Of a DNA stretch of 64,000 nt, positions 12,710 to 22,741 are shown piece after piece. A program made the translations under genes and the position numbers. The DNA is taken from assembly GCA_040880305.1 (NCBI GenBank), contig JBBDIP010000043.1, forward strand, positions 12,730 to 76,729, in the 5' to 3' direction. Under the pieces are notes generated by a model that was given only the letters and a program-made list of their open reading frames with translations, was not told the DNA's origin and did no database searches. This stretch comes from Bacillota bacterium. Its GTDB lineage: Bacteria; Bacillota; Sulfobacillia; Fermentithermobacillales; Fermentithermobacillaceae. Each line of letters begins with the position of its first letter. Position 1 is the first letter of the stretch.

Positions 12710-13191
12710 TCATAGGCGTCATTTCTGATACCCACGGCGACTTGCGACGCGTCGAGGAGTGCCTTGGTCTTATGCAGGGCGCAGAGCTTCTCTTGCACGC
12801 CGGGGACTTCTACGAGGATGCGCAGAAGATCGGGTTGGGCGCGGGGCTCAAGGTGGTCGGAGTGACCGGCAACTGCGACTATATGGTCAAAGGCCCATCT
12901 GAAGAGATGCTTGCCGTCGGGGCCAAACGGATATACCTGACCCACGGACACCTCTACCGCGTGAAGCACGACTTATCACTGCTGGTGCAGCGTTCAAAGG
13001 CCCTCGGCGTAGACGTCACTGTCTTTGGGCACACCCATTGTCCTGCGGTGTTCAAGAGGGATGGGATGCTTTTCGTGAACCCGGGAAGCCCTCACAGCCC
13101 GAGGCGTGGCGACCCGTCTTGCGCGGTCCTGGACGTGTCTCGGTCCGGGATCAAAGCGAGGATCTGCACGGTACCCCAAGCGGCCTCATAG
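12706..13191 (+). CDS. YfcE/MJ0936-family metallophosphoesterase
   Basis: Motifs ISDTHGD, HAGD, GNCD, THGH, GHTH. This is the conserved rph-rdgB-phosphoesterase order. Confidence 0.85.
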   Translation: MIIGVISDTHGDLRRVEECLGLMQGAELLLHAGDFYEDAQKIGLGAGLKVVGVTGNCDYMVKGPSEEMLAVGAKRIYLTHGHLYRVKHDLSLLVQRSKALGVDVTVFGHTHCPAVFKRDGMLFVNPGSPHSPRRGDPSCAVLDVSRSGIKARICTVPQAAS

Positions 13192-13201
13192 TCCCGTCAC
13201 C

Positions 13202-13660
13202 TCACCACAAAGGCGCGGCTACGTTCACCGACCGCAGTAGAAGCGCTTTTCGCGCATCGTGGGGCAAGGCAATGACTTCCGCGTCGCTCCGCATTTCCCT
13301 TACGACGCTCCTGATCTTGGCAACGTCGCTCCGCTGCACGTAGAGGTTGACCCGCCACGGCCGGTTCTTGGAGCACTCAAGCACTTGTCGCCACGATTCT
13401 GGAAGCGGGCGCATCCCAAGCGAGCCGAAAGAGACCATCGCGACGGTCCTGACAACCTCAGGTGTGAGGCCCGGGGACGCGCTTGCCACCAAACTTGCCC
13501 TGAGCCCCGGCTTGCCCATGAGGTCATCGACTCTCTCGTCGATCAGGACGAACTGGCCAGGGTAGTAGCAGGCCGCCAACACCTCGAGGCGCTCCATCGT
13601 GTCCTCAGTAACCCGCTCTGACATGGGCTCCGGCCCCTCCCTCTGTGCCTTGTGAACCAA
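13202..13660 (-). CDS. Hypothetical protein
   Basis: Codon-biased ORF with no motif recognised. The start is possibly the internal Met (MSERV) near 13624. Confidence 0.45.
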   Translation of the reverse strand: MVHKAQREGPEPMSERVTEDTMERLEVLAACYYPGQFVLIDERVDDLMGKPGLRASLVASASPGLTPEVVRTVAMVSFGSLGMRPLPESWRQVLECSKNRPWRVNLYVQRSDVAKIRSVVREMRSDAEVIALPHDARKALLLRSVNVAAPLW

Positions 13661-13820
13661 GTCTACTAGCCGGTTCTCGGGCTCACAACGGGAACCGTGT
13701 CGAGAGGATCTGACAGGATGTGCAAAGGATTACGATAGAAGATGGTGACTAGATTCTCGCAAGAAAGTGAGCGTTATCTGTCGAATCGCGGGATCCCCTG
13801 GTCTCAAGGAGGTTTTTTGG

Positions 13821-14540
13821 GTGAGGGATCGGCGTCCGCTCTACACTCAGGTGGCTGAGAAGATAAGGTCCGAGTTCTCGGTGTCGTCCCCCAGCGAGAC
13901 AGTGCGCCTACCGGGCGAGATGGCGCTGGCGGAGCGATATCAGGTGTCCAGGACCACCATACGAGAGGCTCACAGGCTCCTAGAGCAGGAAGGCACCATA
14001 TTCGCCAGACACGGCGTGGGGACGTTCCTGTCATCCCAGTCCAAAGGCACTACTTACACCTTCGACACTCTGTCGCCGGGCGCCAGTTTGATCCGGACCG
14101 GGGCCGACGATTTGCCGGCTGTCCTGATGGGCTGCACGATGCTCCCCCTCTCCCGCACCTTGAGGACGCGTTTCGGCTGGCCGGGCGACACGCTGCTGCG
14201 GTTGGAGAGGCTCCGAAAGCGCAATCTGGATCCGATTTCTTACTCGGTCGACGTTGTGCCCGCAGCTTTTGTCGGGGGATCGGTGGAGGAAGGCTCCTTC
14301 GACAAACCGCTCCACGAGCTCCTGTCTGACGGGGGCTTTGGTCCTCACCACACGGACTCGATACTCACGGCCGTCATGGCGCCTGCAAGGGTACGAAAAG
14401 AGATGCCGGGACTCGCTGGACAGCCGGTGATCCGGTCGCAAGACGTGTTCTTCGATACGAAAGGCCAGGTATTGGCCATTTGCCTCCAGTATCTGGAGGC
14501 CTCGTCTCTATACTTCAGGATAAGGCGGCGCGCGTTCTAG
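13821..14540 (+). CDS. GntR/HutC family transcriptional regulator (UTRA-type C-terminus)
   Basis: HTH segment LPGEMALAERYQVSRTTIREAHRLLEQEG. Start set to the GTG at 13821, behind AAGGAGG. Confidence 0.85.
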   Translation: MRDRRPLYTQVAEKIRSEFSVSSPSETVRLPGEMALAERYQVSRTTIREAHRLLEQEGTIFARHGVGTFLSSQSKGTTYTFDTLSPGASLIRTGADDLPAVLMGCTMLPLSRTLRTRFGWPGDTLLRLERLRKRNLDPISYSVDVVPAAFVGGSVEEGSFDKPLHELLSDGGFGPHHTDSILTAVMAPARVRKEMPGLAGQPVIRSQDVFFDTKGQVLAICLQYLEASSLYFRIRRRAF

Positions 14541-14638
14541 ACTACGGGAAAATCGCCTGGTGAGACCTCACATTTCGTCGCGTCCTGTCGATTTATCTAT
14601 TGTGTACCTGGCTCCCCCCAGTACACGCGAATACACTA

Positions 14639-14671
14639 AAGAACCCCCGTGTAGCGGGGGTTCTTCTTTTT
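14639..14671. terminator. Intrinsic terminator between convergent genes
   Basis: A 9-11 bp stem GAACCCCCG-N5-CGGGGGTTC followed by TTCTTCTTTTT on the + strand. It sits between the GntR gene (+) and the M20 gene (-). Confidence 0.75.
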
Positions 14672-14683
14672 ACGGGGTTGCGG

Positions 14684-16045
14684 TCAGCAGTCGCCGAGTC
14701 TCGTCAGGAGCCTGTAGGTAGCGTCAGCGCCGAAGTCCAGCGCTGCGACGGGCACTCGCTCGTCGGATCCGTGGACTATGGATGCGAAGTTGAGGTCGGG
14801 AGGAAGATTCATAGGGGTGAACCCGTAGGTCTGGATCCCCAGTTTGGAGAACCAGCGCCCGTCTGTGATGGCGGAGAAGAGCATAGGGAAAGGGCGGCCT
14901 GTGGGGTCGCATTCCCGCAAGACTTCGGCCAGCGTCTCGTAGAGGCCCATGTCGGGCTCGCCCTGCGCCGGTTCCTCTCGCAGAATTTCGAATTCGGCGT
15001 CGACTCCGGTGACTTCCCTGACCTCAGCGGCGACGTCTTTCATCGAGAAGCCTGGAAGCAGGCGGCAGTCCAAGGCGATCTCCACTTGGGGCGGGACTAC
15101 GTTGACCTTGTCGCCGCCGCGGATGACTGTCGCATTGACGCTGTTGTGAAAGAGCGGGACGAACAGATTGCCTGTGGGGCCAAGCGCTGTAATTACCCGA
15201 TCCGTCAGAGCTGGCACTAGAAGGAGCTTACTCATGGACCTGAGAGGGAAGGGTAGGGCCTTGGACAGGCCTTTCACCATGAGGGCAGCGGCTTCGGTGA
15301 TGTGGACTGGGAGATTTGACCGGTCTAGGCCGGCAAGGAACTTGGCGACTCTTGCCATCGTTCCTCCCCTGCTAAGCAGAGCGCTGTGGCCGGCCGGACC
15401 TTTCACGGTGGCCTTGAGCCAGCATGCGTGTTTTTCGGAGACCATGACGGGGTACAGGCGGGTCCCGGAGATGTGGATCGCCGTCGCTCCGAACTCGCCG
15501 ATGGCGTAGCGCACGCCGTCAAACAGCGAAGGATGGTTCTCAACCAGATATCTGGCTCCGAAGTCGCTGCCGGCTTCTTCATCGGAAAGCGCGGCGAATA
15601 TCACGTCAGACGGAAGTGAGCGCCCCTCTGCCTTGACCCGGAGCAGGGCCGATATCATCATTGCGAGCGGGCCTTTCATGTCGATGGCTCCTCGTCCCCA
15701 GAGAACGCCGTCTTGAGTCCTGCCCTCGAACGGTGGGACTTGCCATACCTGGTCTGTTGTCGGCACTACGTCAACGTGCCCGTACATGAGGAAAGGCGGA
15801 GCCTTCCCCTCGCCCGCAATGCGGCATATGAGGTTGGGGCGCGCGCTATCCCGGGCCACGATGGACGTCTCGAATCCTGCTCCTTCCAGCAGGTCTTTTA
15901 TGTACATGATGCACCCGGCTTCGTTGCCGGGCGGGTTACTTGTATCAAAGCGGATTAGGTCTCGAAGGATCTGGGCAGGTCCCGGGAAGATTGGTGTCTG
16001 GTATCGTTTAGTGGGTGCGTTCAACTGCAGGCCTCCCGGGTCCAC
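14684..16045 (-). CDS. M20 family metallopeptidase (ArgE/DapE/CPG2-like)
   Basis: Motifs MYGHVDVVP, GRGAIDMKG, SDEEAGS. Confidence 0.85.
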   Translation of the reverse strand: MDPGGLQLNAPTKRYQTPIFPGPAQILRDLIRFDTSNPPGNEAGCIMYIKDLLEGAGFETSIVARDSARPNLICRIAGEGKAPPFLMYGHVDVVPTTDQVWQVPPFEGRTQDGVLWGRGAIDMKGPLAMMISALLRVKAEGRSLPSDVIFAALSDEEAGSDFGARYLVENHPSLFDGVRYAIGEFGATAIHISGTRLYPVMVSEKHACWLKATVKGPAGHSALLSRGGTMARVAKFLAGLDRSNLPVHITEAAALMVKGLSKALPFPLRSMSKLLLVPALTDRVITALGPTGNLFVPLFHNSVNATVIRGGDKVNVVPPQVEIALDCRLLPGFSMKDVAAEVREVTGVDAEFEILREEPAQGEPDMGLYETLAEVLRECDPTGRPFPMLFSAITDGRWFSKLGIQTYGFTPMNLPPDLNFASIVHGSDERVPVAALDFGADATYRLLTRLGDC

Positions 16046-16200
16046 ATTTGCGTTCGCGTGGCGGATTCATACTGTAAGTCTCGTCATGTGCATCCAAGAC
16101 TTTTAGCTCCCACCCTGAATTTCCATGTTGCAAGGCAGGAGAAAGGAGGGGGGGCAGCTAATCCATCCCCCCAATGATCTTTATGTAAGGGGGGTCCGCA

Positions 16201-17022
16201 GTGAAGAAACCGATCGTCCTCGTGATCTTCTCTTTTGTTTTGGCGGCGGCGCTTCTGGCCGTATCGTGCGCCTCTGAGCCGCCCAAGCCGGCGGCAACTA
16301 CACCGACCGCTCCGTCGACGCCCAAGCGCAAACTGGTCGCCGTAGGTGAAGCAACGTTTGCTCCTTTCGAGTTCATGGACACCACGACCAACAAGCCGAC
16401 CGGCTTTGACGTCGACCTGGTGAAGGCCATTGCCGAGGCGTCGGGCTTCGAAGTCGAGTACAAGAACCTGGATTGGAACAGCCTCATTCCAGCACTTCAG
16501 AACAAGGAAGCCGACCTAATCGTGTCCGGTATGACCATCACCAACGAGAGGGCGCTGGAAGTGGTCTTCTCTGACCCCTACTTCACATCCGGCCAGGCCT
16601 GGGCGGTGAAAGAGGGTTCCGCGATCAAGACACTGGACGATCTATCGGGCAAGACGGTGGCCGTCCAGATCAACACTACCGGCGACTTCGCCGCGCAGGA
16701 TGTGGACGCCAAGTTTACTGCGGAGAAGAAGAAGAACCTGACGATCAAGCGCCTCAAGACCGCGGCCGACGTGTTTAACGAGCTCAAGGCCGGCGGGTGT
16801 GACGCCCTCATCTCCGACCTGCCCGTGATCCAGGAGTACCTGAGGAACAACCCGCAGGACAAGGTGCTGATCCCTGAACCCGCCATCACCGTGGAGTACT
16901 ACGGCATCGCCATGCGCAAGGCGGATAAGGACATTCACGAGCTCATCAACAAGGGCCTCGCCAAGGTCAAGGCCAGTGGGAAGTACGACGAGATCTACGC
17001 CAAGTACATCGACGCAAAGTAG
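16201..17022 (+). CDS. Amino-acid ABC transporter substrate-binding lipoprotein
   Basis: Signal peptide with lipobox LLAVSC. Family-3 SBP motifs (GFDVDLVKAIA, DLIVSGMTIT). Confidence 0.9.
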   Translation: MKKPIVLVIFSFVLAAALLAVSCASEPPKPAATTPTAPSTPKRKLVAVGEATFAPFEFMDTTTNKPTGFDVDLVKAIAEASGFEVEYKNLDWNSLIPALQNKEADLIVSGMTITNERALEVVFSDPYFTSGQAWAVKEGSAIKTLDDLSGKTVAVQINTTGDFAAQDVDAKFTAEKKKNLTIKRLKTAADVFNELKAGGCDALISDLPVIQEYLRNNPQDKVLIPEPAITVEYYGIAMRKADKDIHELINKGLAKVKASGKYDEIYAKYIDAK

Positions 17023-17033
17023 AGGGACCCTAG

Positions 17034-17696
17034 TTGACGTATGACCTGTCCATCGTCGCGAAGTATCTTCCGTTCCTGCTTCTCGGCGTAGGCATCACCA
17101 TCCGGTACACAGTCCTGGCGTTCCTCCTGGGATCGGTCATGGGACTGCTTATCGCGCTGGGCAGGGTTGGCAAGAGCAAGGTTCTCCGGTACCCGTGCCT
17201 GTGGTATGTGGATTTCATCAGGGGGACTCCGCTTCTGGCGCAGGTATACCTGATTCACTTCGGGTTGCCTCAGGTGTTTGGATACAGGCCGGTGGGTACT
17301 ATCGACGCCCTGGTCGCCCTCACGCTAAACGCCGCCGCGTACATCGCGGAGATCTGGAGGGGCGGTATCGAGTCGATGGAACGCGGACAGATGGAGGCCG
17401 CGAGGTCTCTCGGGATGACCTACGGGCAGGCCATGAAGTATGTGGTCCTGCCCCAGGCATTCCGGCGGGTCATCCCCCCTCTCGGCAACGAGTTCATCGC
17501 GCTCCTAAAGGAGTCGTCGCTGGTATCGGTAATCGGTCTGGAAGACCTGATGATGAAGGCCAATATGATGGCCGGACGAAGTTTCCGCCCATTTGAGGCT
17601 TACTTCACTGTCGCCCTCATCTACCTGTCGCTGACTTTGACCTTCGCGCGGGTGCTGAGCCGCCTCGAGGGGAGGCTTAAAGTTGGTCACGGCTAG
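17034..17696 (+). CDS. Amino-acid ABC transporter permease
   Basis: HisMQ-type permease with the EAA-like segment ([22 protein letters not shown]). Confidence 0.9.
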   Translation: MTYDLSIVAKYLPFLLLGVGITIRYTVLAFLLGSVMGLLIALGRVGKSKVLRYPCLWYVDFIRGTPLLAQVYLIHFGLPQVFGYRPVGTIDALVALTLNAAAYIAEIWRGGIESMERGQMEAARSLGMTYGQAMKYVVLPQAFRRVIPPLGNEFIALLKESSLVSVIGLEDLMMKANMMAGRSFRPFEAYFTVALIYLSLTLTFARVLSRLEGRLKVGHG

Positions 17697-18405
17697 GGGA
17701 TTGGAGAAGTGGTTTGGGTCGCTTCACGTCCTGCGCGGCGTGGACCTCGACGTTCATAAGGGGCAGGTCGTGGTGATTATCGGGCCGAGCGGCTCGGGGA
17801 AAAGCACGCTTCTGCGCTGCATCAATTACCTGGAGACCCCCACCTCCGGGTCCATCTCCGTGGACGGCGTGAGGCTGGATGACCCGGCCACCGATTTGAA
17901 CCAGGTGCGGCAGACGGTTGGGATGGTGTTTCAGCAGTTCAACCTGTTCCCGCACCTCACGGCCCTGCAGAACGTGACTCTGGCCCCCCGGAAGGTCCTT
18001 GGGATGGCGGCCTCCGAAGCTGAGGCGCTCGGGATGGAACTCCTGGCCAAGGTGGGTTTGGCCGAGAAGAGGGACCAGTACCCCGACCGGATCTCGGGCG
18101 GGCAGAAGCAGAGGGTGGCCATCGCGCGCGCCCTTGCCATGCGGCCCAAACTCATGCTGTTCGACGAGCCGACGTCGGCCCTGGACCCCGAGATGATCGG
18201 CGAGGTGCTTGCCGTGATGAAGCAGCTTGCTCTGGACGGGATGACCATGGTCGTGGTGAGCCACGAGATGGGCTTCGCCCGCGAGGTCGCCGACAGGGTC
18301 ATGCTACTCTCCGATGGCCTGTTCGTGGAGGACGCCCCGCCGTCCGAGTTCTTTGAACACCCAAAGCACGAGAGGACAAAGCAGTTCCTGAGCAAGATAC
18401 TCTGA
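17683..18405 (+). CDS. Amino-acid ABC transporter ATP-binding protein
   Basis: Walker [10 protein letters not shown], signature [15 protein letters not shown], Walker [13 protein letters not shown]. Confidence 0.93.
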   Translation: MVTARGLEKWFGSLHVLRGVDLDVHKGQVVVIIGPSGSGKSTLLRCINYLETPTSGSISVDGVRLDDPATDLNQVRQTVGMVFQQFNLFPHLTALQNVTLAPRKVLGMAASEAEALGMELLAKVGLAEKRDQYPDRISGGQKQRVAIARALAMRPKLMLFDEPTSALDPEMIGEVLAVMKQLALDGMTMVVVSHEMGFAREVADRVMLLSDGLFVEDAPPSEFFEHPKHERTKQFLSKIL

Positions 18406-18446
18406 CATGCGCGACCTTTCGGAGATGAAGAGACGGAGACGATGAC

Positions 18447-19355
18447 GTGGCGACTTTTGAGCAGGTGCTGACATCCGACAACGCCGACCTGTACCGCCTC
18501 ATCCTGGACATCCCGATCCCCGGCTACCGCGACTTCATCACCCCGTGGCTGATCCAGGAGACCGGCTTCGGCCTTGCCATGGGCACCGGCCTGTACAGGA
18601 CCATCTTGGTGGACCCGGGACCGGCGTGCGGGATCCCCTCGCTCCTAAGGTGCCTTGAGCGTCTTGAGGTCCGCAGGATCGACTACGTCCTGCTCACCCA
18701 CGTCCACATCGACCACGCTGGCGGAATCGCTGAGCTCACGTCTTCCTACCCTGCTCTCAAGGTCGTTGCCCATGACAGGGGCCGCGCCCACCTTGTGGAC
18801 CCCTCAAGGCTGTGGGAGGGGAGCCTCCAGACGTTGGGAGAGGTCGCCGTGGCGTTCGGCCCCATATCACCCCTTCCCGAGAACAACCTGATGCCCCAGG
18901 GTCGGGAAGTGGAAGGGGTTAGGGTCATTGACACGCCCGGTCACGCTCCGCACCACCAGTCCTATCTGTTTCGGTTCGGCGAGAAAGGTGTTCTGTTCTC
19001 CGGTGAGGCTGCCGGCGTCTACCTTAGCGGCAACTACTTGCGTCCGGCCACTCCACCCAGGTTTTTCTACGATGTTTCACAAGATTCGCTGGAGAGGCTG
19101 CGGGCCGTCGGCGCCTCCTTGGTCTGCTGCGGCCATTACGGGTGCTCGTCCGATGTCTCACGACTCCTGCGGGCAGCAGGCGACCAGCTTGCGTTGTGGC
19201 GGGACATCGTCCGAGAGGAGGCTCTTGTTGATACCTGTCTTGACCGCCTGCTGTCCCTGGACCCGAGCCTATCGGAGTTCGTTGACCTGGACTCCGACAT
19301 CCGTGACAGAGAAGTCTTCTACCTCAAGAGCAGCATAAAAGGTTTCCTGGGCTAA
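18447..19355 (+). CDS. MBL-fold metallo-hydrolase
   Basis: Motif LTHVHIDHAGG. Confidence 0.75.
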   Translation: MATFEQVLTSDNADLYRLILDIPIPGYRDFITPWLIQETGFGLAMGTGLYRTILVDPGPACGIPSLLRCLERLEVRRIDYVLLTHVHIDHAGGIAELTSSYPALKVVAHDRGRAHLVDPSRLWEGSLQTLGEVAVAFGPISPLPENNLMPQGREVEGVRVIDTPGHAPHHQSYLFRFGEKGVLFSGEAAGVYLSGNYLRPATPPRFFYDVSQDSLERLRAVGASLVCCGHYGCSSDVSRLLRAAGDQLALWRDIVREEALVDTCLDRLLSLDPSLSEFVDLDSDIRDREVFYLKSSIKGFLG

Positions 19356-19457
19356 GCGGTCTGTTCATCGCCGACCGGGGAACCTCCATCAGCTTGCTGA
19401 AGGAGTTTCATCAGTTGTGCTGGAACAATACGGAGATCTTGCCATGGAGGTCTCCAA

Positions 19458-20621
19458 GTGAGCGTAATCGTCACGGACGCGCGTTACAGGATGTCCCTCT
19501 CGGTCATCCGCTCGCTTGGGCAGGCGGGACTTCGGGTCATAGCCCAGGAAGAGCGCGGCATCTCCTCCATGGACGCCCTCGGGTTCCACTCCCGTCACGT
19601 AGCAGAGAAGGCGCTGACCGCATCGCCCGCCTCGGATCCCAGCGCGTTCGTCCAAGACCTCCTCCGCCTGGGCGAGGAAGGCGATGTCCTCATTCCCGTG
19701 TCCCTGGCCAGCATTTTCGCGGTGGCGTCCCGCATGGAGGACGTCAGACGGCGCTTTCGCGTCGCGTTGCCTCCCATTGATGTCATCCGTACCGCCAACG
19801 ATACCGACCGCCTGCTGCAGGTCGCCAGCCGGATTGGGCTGCGCGTTCCACGCACCGAGGCGCCGGTACCCGACGACGAACCTTTGACGCTGCTCCCAAC
19901 CCTCAAATTTCCGGTGGTGGTGAAGTACCGCGAAGGTGAGGCGCTCGGTCTTCCTCCCGACCGGCGCTACGCGATTGTCCGCGAGAAGGACAAGTTTGTC
20001 GAGACCTACCGGGCGATGGCCGCGCGGCAGGCGTCCCCCCTGGTCCAGGAGTACATATCCGGCGATGGGTGGGGGATGTCTGCAGTGATGGATGCCCGGT
20101 CTGAACCGGTGCTGGTGTTCTGTCACAGGAGACTGCGTGAGTACCCGGTGACGGGCGGTCCCAGCTGCTTTTGCGAGAGCGTCCGCGACCAGCGCCTGAT
20201 AGACACGGGGTTGCGGTTGCTCAAAGAGCTGAAGTGGCACGGTGTCGCGATGGTTGAGTTCAAGCGGGAGTTCACGACGGGCGAGTACGTGCTCATGGAG
20301 ATAAACCCACGGTTCTGGGGGAGCCTTCCCTTGGCCGCGGCTGCGGGCGCCAACTTTCCACTGGCTTTGTACCGCGTTGCTCGTGGGGAGGATGCAGGGC
20401 CTATCCCGGAGTACAGGGTCGGGGTTAGGATGCGGTATCTGTTCCAGGATCTGCTTTCGGTACCCGGGTACTTACGGCGGGCGCCAAGCCGGACGGCTTT
20501 TCTGGCGGGTTTCGTGAAAGACCTACTGGACCCCAGAGTGGCGGATGGCGTCTTCAGGCTGGAGGACCCGGTGCCCGGGCTTTTCTACCTGGGGCGAGCG
20601 CTCGGCAAATGGAACACATAA
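19458..20621 (+). CDS. ATP-grasp domain protein (carboxylate-amine ligase-like)
   Basis: ATP-grasp core FPVVVKYREG...LVQEYISG...MVEFK...LMEINPRFWGS. Confidence 0.75.
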   Translation: MSVIVTDARYRMSLSVIRSLGQAGLRVIAQEERGISSMDALGFHSRHVAEKALTASPASDPSAFVQDLLRLGEEGDVLIPVSLASIFAVASRMEDVRRRFRVALPPIDVIRTANDTDRLLQVASRIGLRVPRTEAPVPDDEPLTLLPTLKFPVVVKYREGEALGLPPDRRYAIVREKDKFVETYRAMAARQASPLVQEYISGDGWGMSAVMDARSEPVLVFCHRRLREYPVTGGPSCFCESVRDQRLIDTGLRLLKELKWHGVAMVEFKREFTTGEYVLMEINPRFWGSLPLAAAAGANFPLALYRVARGEDAGPIPEYRVGVRMRYLFQDLLSVPGYLRRAPSRTAFLAGFVKDLLDPRVADGVFRLEDPVPGLFYLGRALGKWNT

Positions 20622-20637
20622 CGGAGGACGCAGAGGT

Positions 20638-21435
20638 TTGAAGCTGGACTTACATACGCACTCCAAATACTCGGACGACTCGTTCGTGGAGCCGGCCGAC
20701 ATCGTCAGGCTGGCCCGGGAGCGGGGGATGGACGGAGTTGCCGTCACCGACCACCTGAGCCTGCGAGGCGGCCTTGAGGCCCGTTCTGCCAACCGCGACC
20801 CGGTTTTCCTTGTGATCCCCGGCATCGAGTATCCCACAGACGTCGGGCACGTCGTGGGCCTGTTTGTGGAAACCGAGCCCAGCGTCATCCCTTCTCGTGA
20901 GGGCCCGCCAGGGTCCCCAATCTACTTCGCCAAGGAGGTCGTCTCCGCTATCCACGCCGCGGGCGGTGTGGCGGTCCTGGCCCACCCATTTGAGTCCCGC
21001 ATCCGCCTGCCCGAAGGCATGTTCGCCGCCATAGGGCTGGACGCCCTTGAAGGGTTCAACGGTAGAGCGGGCTCTGTCCGCAATCCACAGGCTAACTTTC
21101 AGGCTCTTGAGTACGCCCGCGCAAACGGCATACCTGTGATTGGCGGGAGCGACGCCCACTTCCAATGGGAAGTCGCCCGCGCCGGATGTGCTTTCGAAGG
21201 GATCCCGCCCGGCGCCTCGCCAGATGCGGTCAGGCGGGCGATCTTGCGAGGAGAGGCCGTTCCCTTCGGAATCCCGGCGCCTCGCACGACTATCCCGATG
21301 ACAAGCCTTTCGAAGATCCGGAAGTCCCGCCGCTTTGAGAAGGTCCCCAGGGCTCTACTCAGGCTGGCGCTCACCGCGCTGGGTCCTACCGGCCTTTGGT
21401 TGGAGAACTTGGCCCGCGGTCCACTTGAAGAATAG
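20638..21435 (+). CDS. PHP domain phosphoesterase
   Basis: Motifs LDLHTHSKYSDD and AVTDH...SDAH. Start set to the TTG at 20638 after ACGGAGGA. Confidence 0.8.
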   Translation: MKLDLHTHSKYSDDSFVEPADIVRLARERGMDGVAVTDHLSLRGGLEARSANRDPVFLVIPGIEYPTDVGHVVGLFVETEPSVIPSREGPPGSPIYFAKEVVSAIHAAGGVAVLAHPFESRIRLPEGMFAAIGLDALEGFNGRAGSVRNPQANFQALEYARANGIPVIGGSDAHFQWEVARAGCAFEGIPPGASPDAVRRAILRGEAVPFGIPAPRTTIPMTSLSKIRKSRRFEKVPRALLRLALTALGPTGLWLENLARGPLEE

Positions 21436-21463
21436 GCTAACCCCCTGAGTAGGAGAGATCTCT

Positions 21464-22741
21464 ATGGATGTCCTTGAGCCCTTGAGGCTGGTTAATCGCT
21501 GCGTGAAGGCTGTGAAAAAGGCCAGAATGGGGCGCACGCTGAGCTCTGTCAGACGGATAGAACGGGTGTTTCCGCCTCCGGGGCAGTTGGTGGTGGCCAT
21601 GACCTTCGACGACGGGCCTACAGCGTCCCCCGCCACGCCCGGCAACGGGAATGGCCTCACAGAGAGCCTGCTCAACACCATGAAGGATTTCGGGGCCAGG
21701 GGAACCTTTGACGTGATAGGCAGCACCGCCTCCAATTACCCGGATAGGGAGGGTAGGACGGGGACCGCACTGTGGAGCGGCGTCAAGTACGACCACTACC
21801 CTATGTTCGGCCAGGACAGCCTGGCGGGGGTGGCTAACCAGAAGGCGCTGGCGAGGCGCATGCTGGACGAGGGGCACGAACTCACCAACCACGGCAACAC
21901 CCACGTGGACTTCGGCCCGAGCCACATTGTCTACGGTTCGCGGGGGCATTTCCGTGACAGCCAGGAGGTCTATCAGGATCTTCGGGCGCTGCACGATCTG
22001 GTGCGCGCTGAACTGGGGTACGAGATGCGCCTGGCCCGCCCGCCCCACTACATAGACGGGATTCGCGATGGCAAGAACGCTTACGATGTCTACGGCAGGC
22101 TTCGCTACAACTATCTGGCGGCCAGTCTCGACGGCGGAGGCTGGAAGGCATCGTCCGGGGACTACGCACGGGACGTCAATGCAATGGTGGACGCGGTGAA
22201 GCGGGAACTGGAGAAAGACCCAGCATCTTTGAACGGGCAGATCATTTTTCAGAAAGACGGCTACAGCATGTCCAAGCAGAGCCCCATCGTGGACGCGCTT
22301 CCAAGGCAGTTGGACCTGCTGCGCTCTTTCGGATACCGGGTGGCGACCGTATCAGAACTCCTGGATATGTCTCCTTTCACCGACGTACCGCCTTCGGCTC
22401 CCTATTTTCCCGGAGTCCGGTCGCTGGCCAAGGCCGGATACCGCGTAGCGTTCCGCGATAACTCCTTTAAGCCTGAGAGGCCTATCAGCGGGGATGAAGT
22501 CGCTGCGTTGCTTGATGGGCCGTGGCCCCAAGACGTGAGCGGTAGAGGCAGGTTGACCGCAGGATCAACAGGACGGACCGGAACTGTCAGCGCAAGGGAA
22601 GTTGCCGGAGTCTTGGGCAAGGGGCAGGAACAGGGGCGGGATAGGCTATTGAGCATGCTTCCGAGCGGGAGCGACCCTGACCGTCCGGTGTCCCGAGGCT
22701 GGGCTGCCCAAATGGCCGCGACGGCACTGGACCTTCAATAG
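21464..22741 (+). CDS. Polysaccharide deacetylase (NodB domain) with C-terminal SLH-like motif
   Basis: NodB motif MTFDDGP and HGNTH. C-terminal FTDVPPSAPYFPGVRSLAKAGYRVAFRDNSFKPERPISGDEVAALL resembles one SLH repeat. Confidence 0.7.
   Translation: MDVLEPLRLVNRCVKAVKKARMGRTLSSVRRIERVFPPPGQLVVAMTFDDGPTASPATPGNGNGLTESLLNTMKDFGARGTFDVIGSTASNYPDREGRTGTALWSGVKYDHYPMFGQDSLAGVANQKALARRMLDEGHELTNHGNTHVDFGPSHIVYGSRGHFRDSQEVYQDLRALHDLVRAELGYEMRLARPPHYIDGIRDGKNAYDVYGRLRYNYLAASLDGGGWKASSGDYARDVNAMVDAVKRELEKDPASLNGQIIFQKDGYSMSKQSPIVDALPRQLDLLRSFGYRVATVSELLDMSPFTDVPPSAPYFPGVRSLAKAGYRVAFRDNSFKPERPISGDEVAALLDGPWPQDVSGRGRLTAGSTGRTGTVSAREVAGVLGKGQEQGRDRLLSMLPSGSDPDRPVSRGWAAQMAATALDLQ

Noticed and set aside
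13660-13821. Possible HutC/DasR-type operator (TGGTGACTAGATT, AAGTCTACTAG) in the divergent region upstream of the GntR gene
   Set aside because: These are only partial matches to the remembered TGGTCTAGACCA-type palindrome. They cannot be distinguished from chance without a matrix scan.
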